DNA of 64,000 nucleotides from Octopus vulgaris (GCA_951406725.2 OX597823.1:107322001-107386000), one strand, 5' to 3'. Positions 14,880-29,606 are shown, numbered from the stretch's first letter. Translations and numbers: made by a program. Notes: generated by a model from the letters alone, not told the origin.

Positions 14880-15530
14880 CCAATATGGCCGCTTGAGGCC
14901 GCGGTATATTTTGTTTCGTTGGGTATTTTACTCTTCTAATGAACCTTCCAACTCATTTCTACTTTGTCTCAGTTATAGATCCGTGGCATCAGGGTGCATT
15001 ATTTGAGTATTTGCTACGTTTGGGGTTTTTATAGTCACACACCAGTAGAAGGACACTTTATAATGTTGACAAAGCTTCGTTATGCATCTTTTCCTACTCA
15101 TATTCATATAAGCTTTTTTCCAAACGTACATCGTGGTTTGGCTAAAAAAAAGTCAGCTGTATCTCAATATTAACACATTAATTGTACATGGACTTGATCT
15201 AACAGAGTCAGGGTATGCGTAGCAGCCACAGAACCATTTTGTTGTTTATCTATGAGTTTTTTCAAAAAATGATCTTGTAGTTCGTCTTCTAAAAGAATGT
15301 GCTGAGTAGATATTCTTTTATATATAAAGATGAGCTCTTGAATGATTTTGTTGCTGCCTTTCTCACATTCATAAACTGTTTGCTTTTTTTTTTTGATCAC
15401 TCACGTTTTTGTTAAAGTGGAATTGATACGGCCAGCACTGGAAGTCCAGTTTCTGGTAGAAAATCATCCGTGCACATCGAAAAGCATTCAACCTTGAAAA
15501 AGTAACTGCAGTAGTCGGCTGCACTGAAAT
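14880..15530 (-). mobile_element. possible decayed pogo-family transposase N-terminus
   Basis: QFHFNKNVSDQKKKANSL resembles the pogo/Brinker-type HTH (F.V.EKNVRDWRKQK), followed by LLEDELQDHFLKK (CENP-B-type HTH-like). Many stop codons. Confidence 0.4.
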
Positions 15531-16529
15531 ATCTTTGAATTCAAGGTCAAATTAAATCTATCTACCGTTTAAACCAGGTTGAGTTTCTATTCGTTATAAC
15601 AAGCTAATTAACTTGCTTTTCTTCAAATGCGTAGCGTTCTTCAGAAATTGTGAGAGTCCTTAAACTCAATTCAATCTGACTGGAATAACCTTCGACAATA
15701 AAACAGTGAATCCTAATTCGACCACTACATTATCAGGCGCTCATAATTTCGACTGAATACTGTTATAATCCTGTTGCTCTTCTCAAATTTAAAAATACTT
15801 TAAAGATATACTGAAATTACATAGAACATTTAAAGACAAAGCAGTAAGGATCATTACAGAGGAAATGAGTAGTTTCGTTTTTACGGAGATACTTTAACGC
15901 AGAATGGTAGATACGCACGAGCTCAACTGATAACTGATATTTTTTTAGAACTAATTTGATAATATCTATTTGTTCAGCATGTCTGGGTGCTGAAAGCTGC
16001 TGACCTATCGACAGGAAATTTTATATCCCTACCACTTGGAAATGTCTTTTTCAGAAATGTTTGCCATCATTATTAAATATATAATTAACAATTTAACAAA
16101 TTAAAATGAACCCGTGATTTATTCATTCTTGTCTTTTTTAATATATTTCAAGATGTTGCTTCCAGTATGTTTTGTTCACCATTCATGTCAGAGCATGTGT
16201 GTGTGTCACTGTGTGTGTGCGCGCACGCGGTACTAGACATGTGTGGTCTACAATTCAGTATCCAGCTGAATACTTTGCTATGAATGCCGGGTGAAGTCAT
16301 TTCTATTTGTTTTTGTTTTTTTTTAACATTGAAAACATTTAAGGAACAATTACTATCGTTGTTTTTGTTTTTGTTTGGATTACCGGTAAAAATTTCCATC
16401 CTGTCGAAAAAAATTGAATTCGAGATATGCTCGAATAAAATACCATTGCGGCGTGCATAGAAACCGGTGTGATGAAGCCCGGGGAAGCTGATCGCAGAGC
16501 AGATCCCGCGATAGTAATGGGTGGGGTGG

Positions 16530-16538
16530 GGTAGTAGC

Positions 16539-16601
<63 letters not shown>

Positions 16602-16623
16602 GGTGGTGGTGGTGGTGGTGGTT

Positions 16624-16658
<35 letters not shown>

Positions 16659-16659
16659 G

Positions 16660-16709
<50 letters not shown>

Positions 16710-16722
16710 GGTGGTGGTGGTG

Positions 16723-16787
<65 letters not shown>
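16530..16787. repeat. alternating (AGT)n/(GGT)n compound microsatellite
   Basis: Seen directly. It explains the 303-aa minus-strand ORF. Confidence 0.95.
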
Positions 16788-16788
<1 letters not shown>

Positions 16789-19176
16789 TGAAAATTAGAT
16801 TAACAATAAGAATGATGTCCGTAGCTTCCCCAACGTTGCTAGTAATAACAATCACAGTATCAATAATGAGAACATAACAGCAACGGCGAGAACAAGAACA
16901 GCAACAACAATAGCGAGAACAACGCCAATCGTTTGTTAGCTTCAAAGGAGTGTAGGAGAAACTGAAGATGAGAAGGAACGCGGAAAAGGAGGTAAAGTAT
17001 GTTTGTAGTGACTTTGTCTCTTTCCGCGAAGTTTTCGCCGGATAAGAACAGTGTCCCACCTCACCTTCTCCTGTGACAAAGAAGGGTCTTCAAAAGGAGA
17101 GTTTTTAAAGATCATCTGCTATGTAAGAAAATAACAAGACATCTGTTACATCAAATAAAACTAGAATTTCGGCGATTGAAATAAGGGAAAGCAGCTTAAA
17201 AGACTCAGTACTCGTGCATTATGTAACCCATAGAGAGGCACCTTAATGATGGTGGAAAGAAAAATGTATGCTTAATTGTAACTTTCACTAAACTATGTGG
17301 GGAAGTGGTGAGAGTACGAGCAACCTACAATGGACCACAGAGAAGAAATGTATTCTATTAAAGTTCAACCTTTAAATAAGTCTGGCTGGTGGTGCACAGA
17401 AGAAAAGTCAAGTGTTATATGTGTGATAGCAAAAATTACTCGAGGCCTTTCAGCTCGTAAAAAAAAAGCAACAGCATAAAAAAGGGATAGTTGTAGAAGC
17501 AACAATAGCCGGGTCTTGAGATGAAAACCAGAGGCACAGATGAAGTCTGCCGCACAAGCACCAGTGCGCTCCGTTATGACTCATTCTTCAATCAGGAAAC
17601 ACTTTTATTGATAATATTAGGAATCGTTTGGTGTTCATGTCCCTATCTCTGTGGATCTGTATATCCGAGAATACAGTCATTTTGTGATACAATGAGATTT
17701 GATCTGGCGTATGTTTATATCATTTCTAGTCTGTCGATAATTCCTTATAATCGTGTATATGTATTATCTACTGGTTAATACTGGAGAGCCAGAAACAAAA
17801 CACTTAATCGTTTCTGCTCTCCAAATATCTCCAAATATTCTGCAAATGTTTAATGTATTCAGTATTATTACTTTTGTCTCATAGTTTCTGGAGGGTAAGT
17901 TTTGTTTCTGTCTTACAATGGAAAAATACTTTCGATCTTACTAGCTTCGGCTTTAGTTTTGAGTTGTGCTGTTCTCAGTTAGTGTTAAGAATTATCTTCA
18001 TATATTTCTACCATATTCGAATTTCTCCGGTATTGACGATGCAGAATTTTATTGCTATAGGTTTAGCATGATGTGCCGTAACACTATGTATAACCGAAAC
18101 TAATGTATAAACTGTATACGAAACGAAATCCTTCATTACACCTTCACACAAACATATACATACACATACACCACCATAAAATTCACTTACGCACGTACCA
18201 CGCATATACACGCACACACACACATGCAACATATGCAGACATACATACATAAGCACACCTACACACAAGCACACGCTCATATAGCTATTTCCTTAAAGCG
18301 TACTATAAGGAGCAGTTTAACAACAGCGAAGGGTTACGGACTCAAGCACATATTCTTAGAAACACATCACACAACACAAACTCAAACGCACATTCAAAGT
18401 ACCATATACATACATGTAAACACACTCACACACATACACATAAACAGAAGCAAACGCACACACATTTAATACTCACATACACACACACGTGTGTGTGTGT
18501 GTGTGTGTGTGCTGATAATTGTGTATGTATTAGTGATGTGTTATATATGTGTGTGTATAAATAATAATAAATTGTAGAAATATAAACAATTAAAAAAAAT
18601 AAGATTTAAAAAAGTAACGAAAAAGAGAAATTAGAAAGAAAGGCAAGAACAAAACAGATGGCCGCCATAACGTAAGTGAAAGTGATTTTCTGGTCGGCAG
18701 CACATGTTGAATTATGTTAAACTACAAAGACCACATCTATCCACTACTTTCACCTACAGAGACTTCATTAAATGTGTATGTGTGTATGTGTGTCTGTATG
18801 TGTGTGTATGAATGTGAGTGAGTGTGTATGTATGTGTGTTTGTGTGCGTGCGTATGTGTGAAACCCATATCAACATACAAATACTGATACCTTCACATAT
18901 ATACATATTTAAATATTTCTGGGTGGTTAGATGTATGTGTGTGGCTTGATTTATATTATATTTATCTCTGCATAATTTTGTGCGTACATGCGCACATCTC
19001 TTCCTCCATCTCCCTAGTTGTCTCTCTTCCTTTGTTTCTCCTCAGTACATATGGGTGGCGTGTGCTCATATGTATATGAGTGTGCGCGCGTATATTTGTG
19101 TGTGTATACAAACATGTATGTAGTATGTATATGAATATATATATATCTACATACATACATATATGTACACACACAC

Positions 19177-19207
<31 letters not shown>

Positions 19208-19627
19208 TATATATGTATATTTATATATAGATACACACACACACACATCCGCGTGTATATAAATCCGTGTTTATATGAGTGCTCTCAATCGTATGGGCAA
19301 GCACGCATTGTTAAAACAATATTGATTTCTGAGAAAATCTACCTCAGATTTGGGGAATAATTAGAATCTATGAAATCCAGCATTCATCTCATACTTACAT
19401 CATTTATTTATTTATTTATTTATTTATTTAGTTATTTATTTATTTTTGGATCCAGAAAGTATATTCGATCTTCGCAAGGTGTGAATCCAGAGCTATTATG
19501 TACGCAACTAAATACACCGAGGTAAAAATTTGACCATCTTATTAATTCTGCCAATCTGTCAACTTTACAATGCAAAATTAACATGTGTGTGTGTGTGTGT
19601 GTGTGGATATTGATATATCAATATATA

Positions 19628-19791
19628 AGGCGGCGTCGCTACGTTCTGAGTTCAAATTCCGCCGAGGTCGACGTTATCTTTCATCCTTTCAGGGTCGATA
19701 AAATAAGTACCTGTAAAACACTGGGGTCGATGTAATCGACTTGTCCCCCACCCCGAAAAAATTCCAGGCCTTGTGCCTTTAGTAGAAAGGA
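19628..19791 (+). mobile_element. SINE family B, internally deleted head
   Basis: ggcggcgtcgctacgttctgagttcaaattccgccgaggtcgac...ccttgtgcctttagtagaaagga. Confidence 0.88.
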
Positions 19792-20216
19792 TATATTGAT
19801 ATATATGCTGGCAGTGGCAGTTGCCGGATTAAAAGGAAGAGAAGCAGTGTCGAACTTACCGTCTTCATTTACCTTTTTTTATCATTAGTTCAAATTCTGC
19901 GAGTTTGTCATTGCTTATTGTTCCTTGAAATAATAACCATTATTAGCTATATTGTTGGATAAATCAACTGAATATAACATTTCTTTAAGGTCGTCTACAG
20001 AGGGTGAAAGGCGCAGCGATTGAGAAGTTTTGGAGTAGTTTGGCGGCTGAAGTATGTATCGAAGGCCCGGAAACATGTATGGAGTAGTTTATAGACAATG
20101 GTCATGTAAAAACTTACAATTTCATTCAAGCGTCTGATATCGTGTGTGTGAGTTTGAAAATACGCATCGGAGCAACCATAAAACACACATACATACATAT
20201 ATATACATATTTACAA

Positions 20217-20247
<31 letters not shown>

Positions 20248-20270
20248 CATACATACATACATACATACAA

Positions 20271-20301
<31 letters not shown>

Positions 20302-20578
20302 CATACATACATACATACATACATACATACATGTATATATACATGCATGCATACATACATATATGATCAATATGGAGAAGACACATACCTAAGAATCCTT
20401 TTACTGGAAACTAAACGCGACTTTCCCAATACGGAAAAATTAGAGACTTTAAATTTTGACCAAAGTATTTTCACTACTGTTTGTGATTGTTGACAATAAC
20501 GTCGTTGGTAGCTCACATACTGCACGAATCTCTGCAGATCTATCCAGTGCAACCTCCAACTATTGCAATACATCTAAT

Positions 20579-20967
20579 GGATGGATGGAAGCACTCCGTC
20601 GGTTACGACGACGAGGGTTCCGGTTGATCCGAATCAACGGAACAGCCTGCTCGTGAAATTAACGTGTAAGTGGCTGAGCACTCCACAGACACGTATACCC
20701 TTAACGTAGTTCTCGGGGATATTCAGCGTGACACAGAGAGTGACAAGGCCGGCCCTTTGAAATACAGGTACAACAGAAACAGGAAGTAAGAGTGAGAGAA
20801 AGTTGTGGCGAAAGAGTACAGCAGGGTTCACCACCATCCCCTGCCGGAGCCTCGTGGAGTTTTAGGTGTTTTCACTCAATAAACACTCACAACGCCCGGT
20901 CTGGGAATCGAAACCGCGATCCTATGACCGCGAGTCTGCTGCCCTAACCACTGGGCCATTGCGCCTC
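20579..20967 (-). mobile_element. tRNA(Arg)-derived SINE family A (body type 2), full length with TSD
   Basis: Same head as 554-857. A 13-bp target-site duplication caatacatctaat lies at 20566-20578 and 20968-20980. The tail is (CCAT)n. Confidence 0.95.
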
Positions 20968-21217
20968 CAATACATCTAATAGAGAGTAGTTAATAAAACT
21001 TGGTGCTAGTAGTGAGCTTTTGAATTAAAACCGTTCTAAAATTTCGGCAGCGTCAACTACCTCAACCTAATAGCGGTACAAAGTACAACTTGTGTCGGCC
21101 ATATTTCTAGAAAATAGTTTGCAACTACGTCCAGCGGCATCCATTTAGACTAAATGGCCAACTGCCAGAACCATCTCGATTAATACTTTCTCTTCCATCA
21201 CTCCTGTGGGTTCTGTT

Positions 21218-21620
21218 TTAGCTTTTAAACGACTGCTGCAGAAGTTGCTTTCAGGGGCATTCCTTAAATTGTCTGCATATACAGACTCGGTTCCCCTTAT
21301 CTGCATTTGTAAACATTACTACAATCATCTGTTCGACATCTCGAAAATTAACTCTACCCCTAGACTAAAATGTATATCCTTATAACTAAGTCAGATGTAA
21401 TATTTTTTTTAAATGAGCAGTTGATTAGAACAAACGATAGGGCTTAGGACAAAATACCTCCCGGTATTTAGAAAGTGCGTTTTACGTTCTATGCTCAGAT
21501 GTCGAACAGATGATTGTAGTAATGTTTACAAATGCAGATAAGGGGAACCGAGTCTGTATATGCAGACAATTTAAGGAATGCCCCTGAAAGCAACTTCTGC
21601 AGCAGTCGTTTAAAAGCTAA
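21218..21620. repeat. perfect 124-bp inverted repeat (21218-21341 / 21497-21620), 155-bp spacer
   Basis: The arms are exact reverse complements by base-by-base reading. Confidence 0.95.
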
Positions 21621-22200
21621 TGAAATATAATTAAAAGTCAAATATTTCATGCCATTAAATCATTACTGCTACTGTTCAGATTCGTAACTCTGTCTCTGTC
21701 AATTTTGCCTTTGATCCTTCCTGGGTGACTAAAATAAGGACTAATCAAGTACTGGAGGGAATCTAATCGATAATCACCAAACCATTATTTGTGGCCTGAT
21801 ACCTATGCTAGGAAATGAGTATCCTGTAACTGCAATGTAATGACACAAATTCGATCAACTGTATTCACTCGTACACATAATTATTCCTTGTAGCTAAGAA
21901 ATCAATGCGCACCAAATTCCTCATGTTGGGCAAAGCTATGTATATATAGAAGAGGATCTAGACGATTGAATTGTCTCAGTAGAACTTTTTTCTTCATTGC
22001 TGAAGAGAGTTTTTCTTCATTACTGAGATGTCTACTTATAAACTAGAATCACATATCACCCACAATATTACTCTGCGTAAGTAACAATTATGAAACGAGA
22101 TCGAAACAAAATCTATTATACACGTGTATGAGTGTATAATATAGGACAAGTATTACAAAGAATATAGTTTCAAAATGTTCTCTTCAAATACTACTTCTTC

Positions 22201-22260
<60 letters not shown>

Positions 22261-22262
22261 AA

Positions 22263-22475
22263 ACGAGGGGTGTTGAAAAGTTCCTGGCTTTGGGTAAAAG
22301 AAAATAGGATCTGCTAATTATGATTTTATTCAACATATTTTCCTCTCAGATTCACACACTTATTGCAGCTGTCCTTCAGGTTTTCTAAGCCCTGTAAAAG
22401 AACTCGAAAAGCTGGGCCTCCAGCCAGACTTTTCACGATACTCTTAAAGCCAGAAGCTTTTCAGCATCCCCTCAT
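22263..22475 (-). mobile_element. mariner-derived MITE
   Basis: TIRs cgaggggtgttgaaaagttcctggcttt / aaagccagaagcttttcagcatcccctca. The minus strand retains a transposase C-terminus, LQGLENLKDSCNKCVNLRGKYVE*. Confidence 0.85.
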
Positions 22476-25400
22476 GTGTGTGCATGTACATGCAAATTAC
22501 TGATATTTTTAAAAAATTTAGAATCCACAATTCAATTGGACAGCTATCGTACTTTGAGCATTCAAGCCGAGGGTTCACGTTCGGCTGCATATACTTTTCT
22601 GGAAACAAGGATATAGTACAGTGTATTAAGATTCGTTGAAGGGTTACCAATGCTGTCCTGTCATAGCAGAACAATGTTTTAGATATACTATGTATTCGAC
22701 TTTACCGCATAATTATGCTTGCTTAAAAGTTTTGCCATACATATTATGATTTTAATGTATTTTCAATAATTTTCCTAATATAGCCACAATGGAAGACAAA
22801 GTTAAATGTGCTACTATTTTGTGAAAGACTGCTATATATAGTCTTCTTTAAAGCTCTTTTATTTTGGTAAGAGATAACAACTCTCACAGTAGAAGAGATG
22901 AAAAAGTCTAGAACAAAGAATATAATGTTCAAAGATGTTTTCTTAAAGACTGTGCACCCAGTATTACTCATATATGGCTTTACACAATCCTAAGAACCCA
23001 AATACAATTTCACATAATGCTACTTTTCATGGTTCTCTATAAACCTCCAACGATATTATAGCCTTCAAATCAACCGTGGAATTTGCATAGTTAAACGATA
23101 GTGTATTGTATGCGTTTGACATTTTCGTTCCCTACTAAACTGCCCTAGTAATTTTAACTTGTTCAATAACAAGAATGTTTTTGGTCAATGATAGAGAATC
23201 GATTTATATGTTTACTGATATGGGAATTGGCGTCACATTTTTCTTAACATAGAATCAATTTTTACCTGTAATTTTTCCGAATTGTTAAAATATTTAGTAT
23301 TCTGAGATCGATTCAATAAGAAAACATTCTTCCTTGTGAGAACGTGTTTGTACTATTTAAAAATCTCATCTATATTCTGTCTTTTGTAAAACAAAGCCTT
23401 CAAGAGACCGAAATCCTGATCCAGTCTTGACCCTTGTTGAACCTGTTTCATTACACCTTGCCTACCTTTCAAATATCTTTCAAAAACCCAACAGCATCAT
23501 ATTATATTCATTTACAAATGCGATCAACAAAATAAATTTATACTTCTTGTAGTTAAGATTTCTTTGCAAAAATGCTCAAACAATTAATTAAATTATTAAT
23601 GAAATGTTGATTTTAATAATTAATTAATTATAGTTTCTTTTCTTAAATGTTTTAACAACTTATGAATAAGTTGCAGTTTGGGGAGGGATAACTCTAATCG
23701 CTTTTCCTTACAAAAATAAAAAGAAACGGCCAAATGAATAAAGTCTCCAGTAATTAATTCTTGGCTCTGTCGAAAGTTCATACCCTACTACAGACATTTC
23801 TTTGAGTCCCTGGGCAAGATTTTGGGAAATATATTCTAATTGCTTCAGTTTACACATCTGTAAAAGTGTTAACTAGAATTTCTGACAGTTTGCTATTGAC
23901 AGCTTACAGAGAGGTAGATAGGATACTTGTCTTATCTCAATTAACGCTATAGAAAAGAATTAAAGTTTACTTCTAAAGCTACTTTAATTTTTGAAATTAT
24001 TAGATAATTCCGTATTAATAACGTTAAACTAATCTGAAACTGAAATTAATCCTGACCTTTTAAGAATATTACTGAATTACTAATATTTCCATTGATAGCT
24101 ACCTGCGATCTCAAAAGAGAGAACAAACACTTTAAGAGCGGGAAGCCTATGACATGTGTTTGTGTGTTTGTATTTGTGTCCTTGCTTGTGTGTACTTGTG
24201 TAAATAGTTAATAGATAAACACATACGCAAGTACATTAATGATGTTGTATATGTGCGTGCGCTTATGTGTGATTCTATTTCCCAACTACAAGTTGAAGTA
24301 ATTGCATAATGTTATCTTATACAATTGTTCTGCACACTAAAAGTAGGTAAAGTGCCACCATACATTCGTTGCTGATTAAAGATATCCGTCTCCGACAAGG
24401 AGAACTGTGGCACATTTTGCTTATTCCGAATTCGAGAGTAACTCGAAGCGTTAATGTTCAGAAGTCAACAGTATTTTGGTTTTCCAAACAGAATTTGTGT
24501 GCTTGACATTCACAACTGTAAGCTGCACTTTACGGGTAACACAATGTAGTACAACTAGAAAAGTATTTAAATGATAAAAAGGGGACAAATAAAGAATATT
24601 GGTATGACTAATAAGTTGAGAAAAATTCTGTTAAATAACTTTGCATTACATTTTAAATACAAAAGTCATGCGTTCAAAAACGTGGATTTATTACTTCCTA
24701 TAAAATTTTTACTGTAAAACACTGGTCATGAAATATCAAATGAACATTGTATATCCAATGATGAACCCGTGATATGTACCTTTCATCTAAAAATCTCAAA
24801 CAACTTTTTAAAAATTTATTTATCGCTAACTACTTGGGGAAACAAATACTTATCGTTTATTTATATGCTAATGAATGGAAGCCATATTGGACGATAGGAT
24901 AAGTAGAAATGTAAAAATTTATGAGCGTGTTTTTTAGTTAACATACATTTAGCTTCGATGTGAAAATGAATACGAAAGTTTATTTTCTCCTGGTTTGGCG
25001 AGAGAGTGAGAGAAAGAGAGAGATAAAGAGAGAGAGGAAGTGGCTGAGTGAGAGAAAATACTTGGCTACAGAAAGAAACTCTGTGGTTTAACAGGTTAAA
25101 TGCGTGTTTATTAAAATCCCACACTCGTAAATTTACTTTATATTTCTACTTATCTATAATAGTATTCACGTAAAATAAATAAGTTTAGTATTGATTGTAT
25201 CTTGACTTTAATGTCTAACAACAAAATTCTGATAAACATCAAATAAACTGATCTGTGTTCTTATAACAAATTGTACAAATTCGAAATTTTACAAACAGTA
25301 TATAGTAAAATAATGTATCAGTAATTATAGGTGCTAATTTTTAACGTTACTGAAAGTGTCATGTACAATATAAGCAAAGTGATGAGCAACACCATCATTA

Positions 25401-28139
25401 AATAAAATTAAACTATGCAGCAAGCAGACTGTTACTCCTCCTCAAAACAATACAATAGCTCTGTAAAAAAATCGGGCTGAATATGATAGTTCAGAGTACA
25501 CCAAAGTCTACCCTGCAACGTTACGGTTACAATATTGTAGTAACTGCAATGCACCATATAGTATCTCAAATGAGCAATCTATAAACTTATGGTAGAATAT
25601 AACTTTAGTGTACAGTACAAATGCGTTCTACAATAATCACTCAATGAAGCATAAAATACACCGTACCTGAATTTAAAAGTAGTGTACTGTACACCAATAC
25701 GGCACAATACTAAAATGTATATAGAAAGACCATTGTGCAGTGTGACAAAGGTACTGTACAGTATCAACACAAATATATTGTAGAGAAACGGTTTTGTACA
25801 GTGAATAAAAAGCAAATGTACAACTGCACAATATCAAAACTGCATTGTAACAGTGATAACAGCTACTTTAAGTGAGATAATAAGATATAAGAGAGAGTAA
25901 GCTACATTAATCTAACAACAGTTGCTGTTTTCACTTCTAGCACAACTCCGATGCAGTTTCCGGTGTCGGTTGTGTTTTATGTAGAAAATTTATGCACGGC
26001 CATGTTTCCTCACACGAAATAGTCGGCCAATACGGTGAAATAAATTTCACTTCAGTTTTATCTTTAAAAAAATAAATAAATAAAACCCGCGCAAGAACAA
26101 AGACACAAACGTAAAAAAAATATATAAATACCTCCTCTGATGTCCCATAATGCTTTACGTTAGACTTGAAATAGCCGAGCACTTCTTTGATCTTTTGCCC
26201 ATTCACTACTGTTCTTTAACTGATATTTTTTTCATTGAAAACCTAAACACTAAAATATGTCCAATAAGTAAAAGATTAAAGAATACAACAATACAACTAT
26301 TGACTTCCATCAATTCTGTTTCCCCCTTTGTGGTTTAGTCCCCGAATTTTTAAAGTTATTATTTATGATATAGCATTGAAATTCAAATATGTTCTCTTTC
26401 TTTTATTTTCTGTTCCCTTCTTTAGCCTCTATTTATGCTTCTCCCTTTCCTTGCATTCTCTTTCATTACATTCTTTCCCGCTTTGTATATATTTCATATA
26501 TTTTATTCGTTCCCTAAAGCCGTTTCTATTTGGACATCAAAAAGACTGGCAGGTACCGTAAAATTCCGTTGTTTCTGATATTTCTTCAAACATTGGTTTG
26601 TTGGTCGAAGAAATGAAAATAATACCGCCATTACTGAGACAACCTCGCTATTTATTAAAGATTACACGTGAACAAAATACAAGCTGTGAATAAATGACGG
26701 CATGCAGGCGTTTGTATTTTTTTCTATATAAGACTCAGAAAGTTTAACCTTAAACCCGCCCTCTCCATCCTGGCATCCACACATCAAAATGGCTTTTAAT
26801 AAATTTCTTTCTGATAAACGAAATCTATCAAACCAGCCCTTTGATAAGGCGGCCTTTTTCTACAGCAACTTATTTCTTTTATGTGTCAAGATCATAACGG
26901 GACTTTGTGAGTAAGATAAGTGGAAAGAGAAAAATCCGAGAAATCTCCCTAAATTTTCACTTCATACTGATCTCTTGCACAGGAAAGGGCATTTAGGCCA
27001 TAAAAAGCACATTTTTTCAGGCAGTCACACATGAATTGTCCGAATATATAGATTTAACCAAGCAACACAAAGTAAAGAAATGAATGATATAAACACTACC
27101 TGTTTCAAACAGGTAGTGTTATATCGAGAGGTAACTGAAAACACTGGATGTCAAAATAATGTGGAAATATGAATCTGAAAGACTGAAATTACTTAAAAGT
27201 CTAAGATTAGTGACGACCACTATAGAAAGAAAGTTGATCTGGCGAGCTAAATCCACGAAGCGTTAGTAGGTATTTCACTTATATTCCTAATTATTTATGG
27301 AAAGGCGTCGCTTACAACCAATGTCCAAAATCATCTATATTGCTGGAAGTTTCTAAAGAACTGAGAGAAAGAAAATGCTGAGTGATTGATCAAATAATCA
27401 GTTGATAGCCTTAGATGATTATCTATATGTTTCCAGAGTTAGTCACCTCAAACTGTCTTCCACAAAAGACACTTCTGTTTCTGCTCAACTGTTTGCGTTT
27501 AAAATTGATTGTTTATACATGCCTTAGCCTTTCTACAAGAGAATAGCAATTTAAATGAATTTTAATGACTACAACCAAATATTAAAAAATGGATCAAGCG
27601 AATTTACCGCTTTCTTCTAGTTTTACATGAAACACTTTCATTCTAAATAATGTTAATCGAAATCATTCTTTTATCCCAAATGCACTGGGTGGATAATTAA
27701 TTTCGCATAGAATAGTTAACTGTGTGGTACTTCTTCATATATTGAGATCTGAAAGTGAGCATGGATCCTGATATTTTAAAGGAAAAAAGTTGGTATGTTT
27801 GATCTTCATATACTCTTTAAAGCCATTATTGATATCAAATTAAGTGAACTTATTCAAACTATGAATCAGAACTAGATCATCGTCTTGACCAGCTGACATT
27901 ATTTTTTTTAACAATTCAAGCACTGTTCTAACGACACATGAGAGTGGTGGTTTGTTTGAAAGAAGACAGATAAGGTAACTCATTTGAACTTTTATTTAGC
28001 AATTTAGGTTGAGGGTGTTGAGCTAGTCTATTTGCTCTTTTATTGAGCATTTGTTTATATTTTTAGATATATGTTTTTATACAAATTATTTATAAGTTCC
28101 CTACCTGTTTCGATGGAAACAGCGTAATTGATATATGCT

Positions 28140-28720
28140 TCCTTTTTGGACCCTCTAAATAAATTGAGAAGGGTGTACAGCTGCTATCTGCAACCTTAAC
28201 ATATATGAGGGAGATTATCTTGCAGGGAGTGCAGTGTGTGCTGATTTCGTAGAATGCATCTGCATTACTCTCTGTGATGAAGCAACACTTCAGAAATGTG
28301 GGAAATATAAATTTCCATGATTATTGCATCTGGGCGGATGACCGTCTAAGTAGACCTTATTTTGGGAAAAGAACTCATCTAAAATTTATATCAGGGTGAT
28401 TATAACAAAACCCAAGTCTTTCAGGCCGTGTTTCTTTGCCGAAACTACAGTTACAAGACAATTTTATCGCAACATGTTGCAGCAATTCCTTAACCTTAGT
28501 TTAATTCCAAATGAGGTCATTATCACTGCCGTAATTCACACTTTGTCGTTATATCACAACTGTTCGTGCTTGCATGAGATATTTCCAAATCGGCAGATTG
28601 GATGTGAGAGGAACAGACCGAGGCCAGCTCTGATTTCTTTGCTTGGAATTTTACCAAATAACGATGTGACGCGGATCAATTTCATATTTCTTTTGATAAA
28701 ATGAATAACTAATGTGAGAT
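28140..28720 (+). mobile_element. decayed Tc1/mariner-superfamily transposase fragment
   Basis: Translated segments ITLCDEATLQKCG.NFHDYCIW (IVFSDEATFHLSG.VNRHNCRIW), RPCFFAETTVTRQFYRNMLQQFL (GPFFF..TVTG..YL.ML) and LHEIFPNRQIG (LD..FP.RWIG). Confidence 0.7.
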
Positions 28721-29454
28721 ATTTCGTTTCAGTGCATTTATTTTGTGATGTCTGTCTTCAAATCTATGTTTAAAATTTACTATTCAGCTTTCAGGGTTAC
28801 TAAAGTAACTACCAGAAATGTACTGCAAACGACTTGTTATTCTTTCTAAACCACCACCACCACCACCGCCGCCGCCACCACCACTACTACTACTACTGCT
28901 ACTACTGCTGCTGCTTCTGCTGCCGTTGTCGCTGCCACCGCTGCCTCCACCGCCTCCTCCACCACCACATCCACCGACACCTCCAACGACCCCACCACTT
29001 CTGTTGTTATTATATTTCACTCTATTTCTAATTTAACTTGCATCGTACGTTCCATATTTTTTCTTGAAAATTTATGGGTATTTTCTTCATATAAAACGTA
29101 TTCTGCCAGTTTCATTCACGTCACTGAAGTCGTCGTCATCTCCATCAACACTGTCACCATCAATATCAGCAGCGGCGGTGGTGACTTCGTCGTCCTCTTC
29201 ATTGTTATCATCGTTTTCGTTTGATATTATAATAACGATCAACATCATCAGCTGTGATCAAAAAAGAAAACGCGAAATCTTGCAAGCGTTCTATTGAATC
29301 TTTACTATTGTTGATGCTACTCCTGCTGTTGTTCACATGGCTGTTGATGTTACTAAAGTCATCATTGTAGTTTTTTCTTCCTTTAGAAAACTTCAAATTT
29401 AAAGTAACTAAGTTCAGCTGTCATGTATTTAAGACAAAAAACAACTATATCACG

Positions 29455-29514
<60 letters not shown>

Positions 29515-29606
29515 TAATATCATCATCACTATATCAATAATAAAAAATATTAAAAATGTGGATGATGACAATGGCAACGATAAAAATAATAATAATGATG
29601 ATGATG

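Noticed and set aside
15405-15523. Apparent minus-strand exon (tttcag ... AAC|gtgagt)
   Set aside because: The peptide continues past the donor into pogo-transposase-like sequence, so it is better explained as a TE relic.
16148-17059. 303-aa minus-strand ORF
   Set aside because: Its length comes from stop-free (ACT)/(ACC) repeats, and the flanking peptide resembles no family I recognise.
25939-25976. Hairpin agcacaa(ct)ccgatgc/gtgtcggttgtgtt
   Set aside because: Too short for a pre-miRNA, with no other support.
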